From: Octopus sinensis
Lineage: Eukaryota
Assembly (NCBI RefSeq): GCF_006345805.1
Contig: NC_042997.1
Coordinates: 149,606,001-149,670,000, forward strand
DNA length: 64,000 nt
Direction of reading: 5' to 3'
Position numbers and translations under genes: made by a program
Notes under the pieces: generated by a model
Seen by the model: the letters and a program-made list of their open reading frames with translations, nothing else
Database searches by the model: none
Told to the model about the DNA's origin: nothing
Part shown: positions 59,677-64,000 of the stretch, piece after piece
How positions within the stretch are numbered: position 1 is the stretch's first letter
Layout: the number at the start of each line of letters is the position of its first letter

Positions 59677-60594
59677 TATATATAAATATATATATATCGA
59701 TGGATAGATAGATGTTTGTCACTCTATTTAACATACAACCATTCCAAAGACATAACACAAAATGAGTGATGATGGCATTCATAGTGGTGAATTTCTCAGC
59801 GTTAGATATAATAGGTGCTGATATCTAAGCCTCAGTCCTTTGAGGCTTTAATACTTGTAACTCATGAAATAAACTAAAAGTTTCTCTGAATAAATCAATT
59901 CTATTCAGTTCAGAAATTTATAAAATGGTGTTACTTCTGTGCTACTACAGTTGATTAGATTTAAGGAAAATAACGTAGCTGAAATGGGAGCACAAGGCAT
60001 ATATATTTTCAGTACATTTAGTTACCTCAATTTACATTCTGAATTATTCTAGGGGCAAAATGAAATACCTGTAATATTCCCGAGTAAATCTATGCCATTC
60101 TTATTGCTCTGTGCTATTGTCTGAGGGTAATAAAATGTTACATACACGTGTCTAATAATAACGGAGTAAATTCTTAAAGTGTAAAATTTAGATGCACGGC
60201 TGTAAAGAGATTCATGAGACAGTTAAAAGCAGTCCAGAATATGTATGCATTGTAACTCGATTGATAAATGCCACTGGTTGATATTAGACTTTCATATATT
60301 CAGGGTTGAAGAAAATGAGTATTATTAATATATTAGTCATACAGTCGATAGAAACTCGTACACAAATTTAGTCGTAGAGTCGCATTAAATATTCCCAAAT
60401 GCAAGATAAGATGATAAGAAAGTTTGTCTTTGAACTAGATGTTACGGAAGGTTAGGGATTACAACCCATCCTATAAAATGCTTTAATCATTCCTGAGGTA
60501 TATCTACTCCACTATCCAACGTCTTAAGAAATTTCTAATGTCTTGTAAACTGAAACTTCGCTTCGAAGATTCTAAATGCATTTCTATTTCACAA

Positions 60595-60790
60595 TACTGT
60601 GGCGGTGGTGCTGATGTTGTTGTTGACTGTGATGGTGGTGGTGGCAGTGGCGGCGACGGCGGCGGCGTTGGTAGTGGTGGTGGTGGTAGTAGTAGTAGTG
60701 ATGATGATGATGATTGCGATAGTAATAGTAGTGGTGGTGCAGGTGGCGGGGATGATGGTAAAGATGATGATGATGATGATGACGATGACA
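60595..60790 (+). repeat. Compound (GGT/GGC/AGT/GAT)n trinucleotide repeat
   Basis: Seen directly; open in several frames on both strands. Confidence 0.9.
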
Positions 60791-61089
60791 AGAAGGAGAA
60801 AGAGAAAGAAGAGGATCTATCATCGCCAGCGTCGCCATCCTCGTCGATTTTATTATCGTCTTGGTACAAGTCTTCACAAGCAACCATTGTAATCAATCAT
60901 AAACATATATCATACGAAGCGTGACACAAACACATCGTGACATTCTCTCTCTCCGATTTATAAACCGACACACTCACACACACACACATACGAACACACA
61001 CACACAAACACACATATATGCATTCGTACGTGTGTGTATGTGTGTATCTTCACATCATATGCTTTATACACGCAAACAAGTATACACAT

Positions 61090-61110
61090 ACACATATATA
61101 TATGTATATA

Positions 61111-61175
<65 letters not shown>

Positions 61176-61313
61176 TTATACATGTATATGTATAATATGC
61201 ATATGTATATATATATGTATATGTATATATATATGTATATATATATATGTATATATATATGTATATATATATATGTATATATATATGTATATATATATAT
61301 GTATATATATATG

Positions 61314-61344
<31 letters not shown>

Positions 61345-61359
61345 TTATACATGTATATG

Positions 61360-61428
<69 letters not shown>

Positions 61429-61480
61429 AGTTGTGTATATATAACTGTATATATATATATGTATATATATGTATATATAT
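61090..61480 (+). repeat. Long (TA)n/(TATATG)n microsatellite, representative of more than 30 TA/CA arrays in the window
   Basis: Seen directly. Confidence 0.97.
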
Positions 61481-62914
61481 ACATCTTTGTGAGTACGTCT
61501 ATCTGTGTGTGTGTACACATGTACGCACACAGACACACCCTCAAATATATTCTATTGTTTTAAACTTTCTAAAATTCTTTTAATAACGGTTTCTTACATG
61601 CAGTGAAATCATTATACCATTATTTACAGACATTTCAGTAGCTTTCTGTATTCTGTATTCGTTTTTGCAAGTTGGTATTGAGAGTGTTCCAGTAGGGCTG
61701 TCTTTTCCAAACGCGCGAAGGACTTGTTTGTACACTTGATTCTTTCAGAATAATACTAGTTCTGTGAAGTAGACAATCTCGGCTCTGATTTAAATATCAA
61801 CTGCAATGACCTTATCAGCGCAAAGTTTACTATGCTTCTTTCTCAGACTATTTATTGGAAGTATTTCGTAGTATCATTTTCATATGTACTTGCTCCTGCT
61901 GTTAGTGCTCCATAAAAAGCATAAAAGTCACAAATGTATTTCAGTATTTTGTTAGCCCTTGAACGCAAATGGCATATATGTACTTGAACGAATGTAACAT
62001 GAATGAATTTGAAGGAATGTAATAAATCATTAGCTTGGGAAAGATGAAATTTCTGCCACAAACCTAACAAGTTATTCGTCAAGAAAATATTTCTATCAAA
62101 CCACTTCTTTAAGGCATGTGTGCAGAGCACATTTTTCTGTGGTCGGAAACCCCTAATGGCTATGGAAAAGAATCTTTGAATCATCTTGATACGGCAAACG
62201 CCAGAATTCAAGATATATCTTGGCATGAGCACAAATCCAAATAGGAGATTTATTGGCACATCCAGTGTACCTCAAATTCTGCTACCAGCACTCATACGCA
62301 AGGCGGGCTTTCCTTCCTACTGCGTTAAGACCGCATAGTAGAATATTATGCTCTGGAGATTTCCGTGATCATCTAGCTCCTCTTTCACTGGTTCGTTTAA
62401 AACCATTTTTTTTTCTAATATAGGTGTTTCTGAACCATCAATTCTCAAAAGAGCAGAGTCGGTGGTTACTGGCATTTTATATTTAACACCGTTCTAATAA
62501 CATATGGCAAGTTCACCAGAGTTACATTTTATAAAATTTAAACGCTGATTACTTTATTTATGATGTCATTTATCACTGAACTTTATTATCTGCCTCGTTG
62601 TAGCGATAAATATAATCAGACATAGTCAAGCAATGATCTTGGAAACAGTTACGCAAACCATCATTATGAACAACAAGAAAACCTCCAGCAACTTCAGTAT
62701 ATATAGTTATTAGTTGTCTATCATTCTTCTACCTAGGCTCAATAAAATCCACAATAATGTGATGAGTACTTGAATGGCTGATCAAACACAAATCACTTTG
62801 TCAGCCAGCCTAGGAATGATAATTAAATGGATTAAATTTAATTAATTAAATTGATGCTGTCCATCTGAGAAACGTAAACTTCATCAACTTAACAGCAGAC
62901 TAAAATATCAAAAG

Positions 62915-63040
62915 CAGATGTTATTGTGGTTGTTGTTGTTGTTGCGGCTGCTGCTGCTCATAATGATGAAAAGGATGATGATGATGATGATGATGATGAC
63001 GACGACGATAATGACGATAATGGTGATGATGATGATGATA

Positions 63041-63097
<57 letters not shown>

Positions 63098-63420
63098 ATG
63101 ATGATGATGATGTTCATGGTCATAGATGTGGTTGTGGCAGTGGAGGTCTTGCTGCTCTGAAAGAATATGATTTAGAATGTAGTAGTGGGGAGGGAAATGA
63201 TTTCGAAGATGGTGATAATAATGAGAATGTTGAAGAGGAGGTGGCGGAGTGAAGCGACGGTGACGATGATTAGGATGATGATATTGTCCAGTAATACGAT
63301 CACCTTGCAGATGATAACGAAGGAGACCATGCTGATGTTAATGACGCCGTCACCGATAGACCCAAAGATTAATTTGTCTGACAATAACGGCGATGATGAT
63401 GGTAATGAGAACGACGATTT
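62915..63420 (+). repeat. (GAT)n microsatellite with decayed GAT/GGT-rich flanks
   Basis: Seen directly; explains the poly-D/M/I ORFs. Confidence 0.92.
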
Positions 63421-63689
63421 TTATTATTGCAATTAGTAAAATCGACTGGATATTTTGGGAAAAAATGTCTTTCATTATTTCTTCCGATACTTCGCGTTCA
63501 AATCTCATCAAAGTCAACTTTAAAATATCTGCTTCTGTGGTCCGAAAACATAGAATACTCATAAACTACTGAGGTTGATTTAATCGACCAATTCCTTCCT
63601 CCCACTTTTCTATAAGAAGTTGTAGTTGTTATTGTTGGTGGTGGTTTTCTTCTTGCAATTATTATTTCTCTTTATCACATATTTACTTA

Positions 63690-64000
63690 GAGATCCTGGA
63701 GTTATACATGCGTTGTGGGCTTGCTACCGGCAGTCTACGGCACCATGCTATCCGTTCTTTTCAGCTATCTAATACTTTTCTGATTACTCTGACTATTCCA
63801 AGGAGGCAAAAATTTTGTAACAGTTCTCCTGCTCTCTCTATTCTAATTTTCTTTATGTTCCCCTTGATGCTCTTCTGATACGGTTCCTAAGTACCCAACA
63901 ATAAATGGCACTATCTTCACCTTCTTCATTTTCCATATCCGGGCTATTTCGGACATAAGTATGTTGTATTTATCTATCATTTTGCCTTCCTTCTTGACTA
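63690..64000 (-). mobile_element. 3' end of an R4/Dong-like element (RLE C-terminus), continuing beyond the window
   Basis: KMIDKYNILMSEIARIWKMKKVKIVPFIVGYLG...LLQNFCLLGIVRVIRKVLDS*, stop at 63761-63763. Confidence 0.88.

Noticed and set aside
60504-60924. Gly/Asp/Ser-rich ORF resembling a low-complexity protein
   Set aside because: Compound trinucleotide repeat open on both strands in multiple frames, with no convincing splice context.
62908-63436. Poly-Asp acidic ORF resembling a biomineralisation protein
   Set aside because: (GAT)n microsatellite; no signal peptide or unique coding flank.

Overview
AT-rich eukaryotic non-coding DNA packed with (AT)n/(AC)n/(TAA)n microsatellites and transposon debris. 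The SINE families and repeat landscape suggest an octopus (coleoid cephalopod) genome; this is inference from memory of these repeats, not a database hit. Identifiable content: at least seven pieces of R4/Dong-like RLE-type non-LTR retrotransposons (the best preserved is a 5'-truncated 2.8-kb copy in a TAA array at 30.1-32.9 kb), two CR1/L2-group LINE copies, Penelope-like (PLE) RT and terminal-repeat remnants with minimal hammerhead-ribozyme-like motifs, a Gypsy integrase with PPT and LTR, a full-length decayed mariner, a Tc1 5' fragment, a MITE, and many tRNA-derived SINEs of about four families. No host gene can be firmly identified; there is one plausible 208-nt coding exon at 19643-19850. 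Nearly all long ORFs in the supplied track are microsatellite translations. Best leads: (1) a tRNA-headed element with an internal (AAT)n tract, a minimal type I hammerhead fold and a perfect 28-bp inverted duplication (35140-35587); (2) a SINE copy carrying 84 bp of another locus's unique flank inside its own target-site duplication, pointing to ectopic conversion over 9.2 kb; (3) a 3' tail shared between a LINE and the commonest SINE; (4) a four-fold 31-bp reiteration at the 5' junction of the R4/Dong element.
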